Under the pieces are notes generated by a model. That model was given only the letters and a program-made list of their open reading frames with translations. It was not told the origin of the DNA and searched no databases. A DNA stretch of 64,000 nt, taken from Octopus sinensis. Its lineage: Eukaryota. Below, in pieces: positions 62,208-64,000 of this stretch. Both the position numbers and the translations under genes were made by a program. Numbering within the stretch: position 1 is the stretch's first letter; each line of letters starts with the position of its first letter. The stretch covers positions 168,330,001 to 168,394,000 of the forward strand of contig NC_042998.1 in NCBI RefSeq assembly GCF_006345805.1, given 5' to 3'.

Positions 62208-63180
62208 CAGGGGTTGGACAAAATAATAGAAATACCTAGCATCATAGCATCATAATTTTGAAATATCTATAAAACTATCGAAAGCTTGTTTATTTGTATG
62301 TTTTTTTTATTTATTATTACTGTTGCTTAAAATGTTTTGCTAAAATTGCTATTTCTTTTAAGATATCCTCAGAAAAAGGTAATTAAAATTCATTAAAATG
62401 ACAAATCTATCGAACTTTCCAAGAGGTCAAATTGTTGGTGCTCGTATGGCAGGCGCTAGCGTAACGAAAACAGCTGAATAGTTTGGTGTATCAATAAGTG
62501 CTGTGTCGAAAGTAATGACTGCCTTTGAGAAAGAGGGAAAAACGTCCTCGTCGAAACAAAACTCCGGAAGAAAATCAAAACTTTCAAATAGGGACCGTAG
62601 GACTCTTACGTGAATTGTTAGAAAGGATCACAAAAATACAGCTCCGAAAATTACTACAGAGCTTAATGACCACCTCGAGAACCCAGTTTCCACAAAAAAA
62701 GTTCGCCGGATTGCACGGGAGGGCGGCAATCAAAGAACCACTACTTTCAAAAACAAACGTTGCAAAGCATTTACTGTGGAGTGAAAACCTACAGAATTTG
62801 TCCCTAGAGCAGTGGAAGAATGTTATTTACTCGGACGAGTCATTCTTTACCTTATTTCCGACCACCGGTCGAGTATACGTGTGGAGACAGCCAAAGGAAG
62901 CATTTGACCCAGACTGCCTTCTTCCAACTGTTAAACATGGAGGAGGATCTGTGATGATCTGGGAGAGAGGGCTATATCCTGGAAGTCGATATCCTCCACC
63001 ATCATCACTATAAGAACTGGAGACTGCTTTAGCTGAAAAATGGACAAAAATTTCTTTGGAAACAATTCAAACTTGGTACGAGTCCATAACTGGTAGAATT
63101 CAAGTTGTAATTACTGCTAAAGGCGGTCCTACCCCATATTAAAATAATTTGTTTGAAATTTTAAGGTGTTTCCATTATTT
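62208..63180 (+). mobile_element. Tc1-like transposon, internally deleted, right TIR truncated (coding from 62398)
   Basis: TA plus TIR CAGGGTTGGACAAAATAATAGAAATACC. MTNLSNFPRGQIVGAR, GRAAIKEPLLS, VIYSDES, TVKHGGGSVMIW and AKGGPTPY* are present. Confidence 0.93.
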
Positions 63181-63405
63181 CACATTGCTTCAGTCTACTC
63201 AGCTGGCAAAAATGAGTTGTACCACTAATTTAGAAGGTTAGTCTCGTCACATTCTGTGTCACGCTAAATCTCCCTGAGAACTTTGTTAAGAGTACGCGAG
63301 TCTGTGGAGTGCTCCGCCACTTGCACGTCAATTTCACGAACAGGCTGTTGTGTTGATCGGATCACCTGAAACCCTCGTCGTCGTAACCGACGTTTAATGC
63401 CAGTT
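63175..63405 (+). mobile_element. SINE family 3, headless
   Basis: CACATTGCTTCAGTCTACTCAGCTGGCAAAAATGAG followed by the 3' part shared with 41479-41660. Confidence 0.85.
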
Positions 63406-63589
63406 AACGTCAAAGCGATGCCAAAACGTCTTACGAAATGTTTCAGCAATAATATTTGTTTTCCTTTTAAGTGGAGATATTGTGGTTTTCATGAGTTTTT
63501 AAAAGTAAACTTTAGTTTTTCAGCAAGACATATAAGCATGGCTCTTACAAAGCAGTTTAGAATAAAATAAGGAAATCGATGTAACTACT

Positions 63590-63950
63590 CATTTCTTGGA
63601 CTGTTTCCATCTGAAGACAGGCCTTTCGCTTGTTACCACAAAACGAGATAAATATCTCGGTATCAAGATACGAAGAAAAGATGGCTGACCGGAACTACGG
63701 ACTTCATAAATAACTATAGCCAGATGACGTCTTGTGAAAATTCTTACTTTATTAACACAAAATAGAGATAAATATTTCGTTATCAAAGATACGCAGAAAA
63801 AAGACAACGGAAATGCAGACTTCAATCCAACAATGAATATAGTAATATGACAGTCTTGTGGAAACTTCGTTTGTAATCACAAAGCATATAAATACTTCGA
63901 TATCAAGATACGAAGATAAATAACTGACCGGAATTACAGAATTCAATTGC
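63590..63950. repeat. Degenerate 120-bp tandem repeat, 3 copies
   Basis: ATAAATA...TATCAAGATACG at about 63648, 63768 and 63888. Confidence 0.85.
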
Positions 63951-64000
63951 AGCAACTCTTTTTTTCTGTTTGATTATAAATACGTCCAAAAGTTCGTTGT

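Overview
AT-rich eukaryotic DNA, very rich in repeats and microsatellites. It is almost certainly an Octopus genome window, inferred from recognising the SINE, mariner and LINE families. I can support no host protein-coding exon, rRNA, true tRNA gene or CRISPR array, so the window looks intronic or intergenic. Nearly all long ORFs in the track are microsatellite translations. Content: about 30 tRNA-derived SINE copies in three groups; about eight decayed Tc1/mariner transposons (DD34D, DD37D and Tc1 types); pogo-like and hAT-like MITEs; a Jockey/I-group LINE remnant with a 5' inversion; R4/Dong-like RLE LINE 3' ends in (ATAC)n tracts; and a 5'-truncated Neptune-type Penelope-like element (PLE). 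There is one 100-N gap. The strongest unexplained signal is at least eight minimal hammerhead-ribozyme (HHR)-like motifs, most complete but degenerate and one cut by the gap. They fall into several sequence families, plus a non-canonical variant found in three copies. They lie in short repeats in or beside simple-repeat tracts, mostly (TA)n, and some form palindromes. One is physically attached to the coding PLE. Other points are head-to-tail SINE arrays arranged divergently, several fold-back structures, and repeat-free islands that may be regulatory. All alignments, translations and folds were done by eye, and boundaries are approximate unless TIRs or TSDs are quoted.
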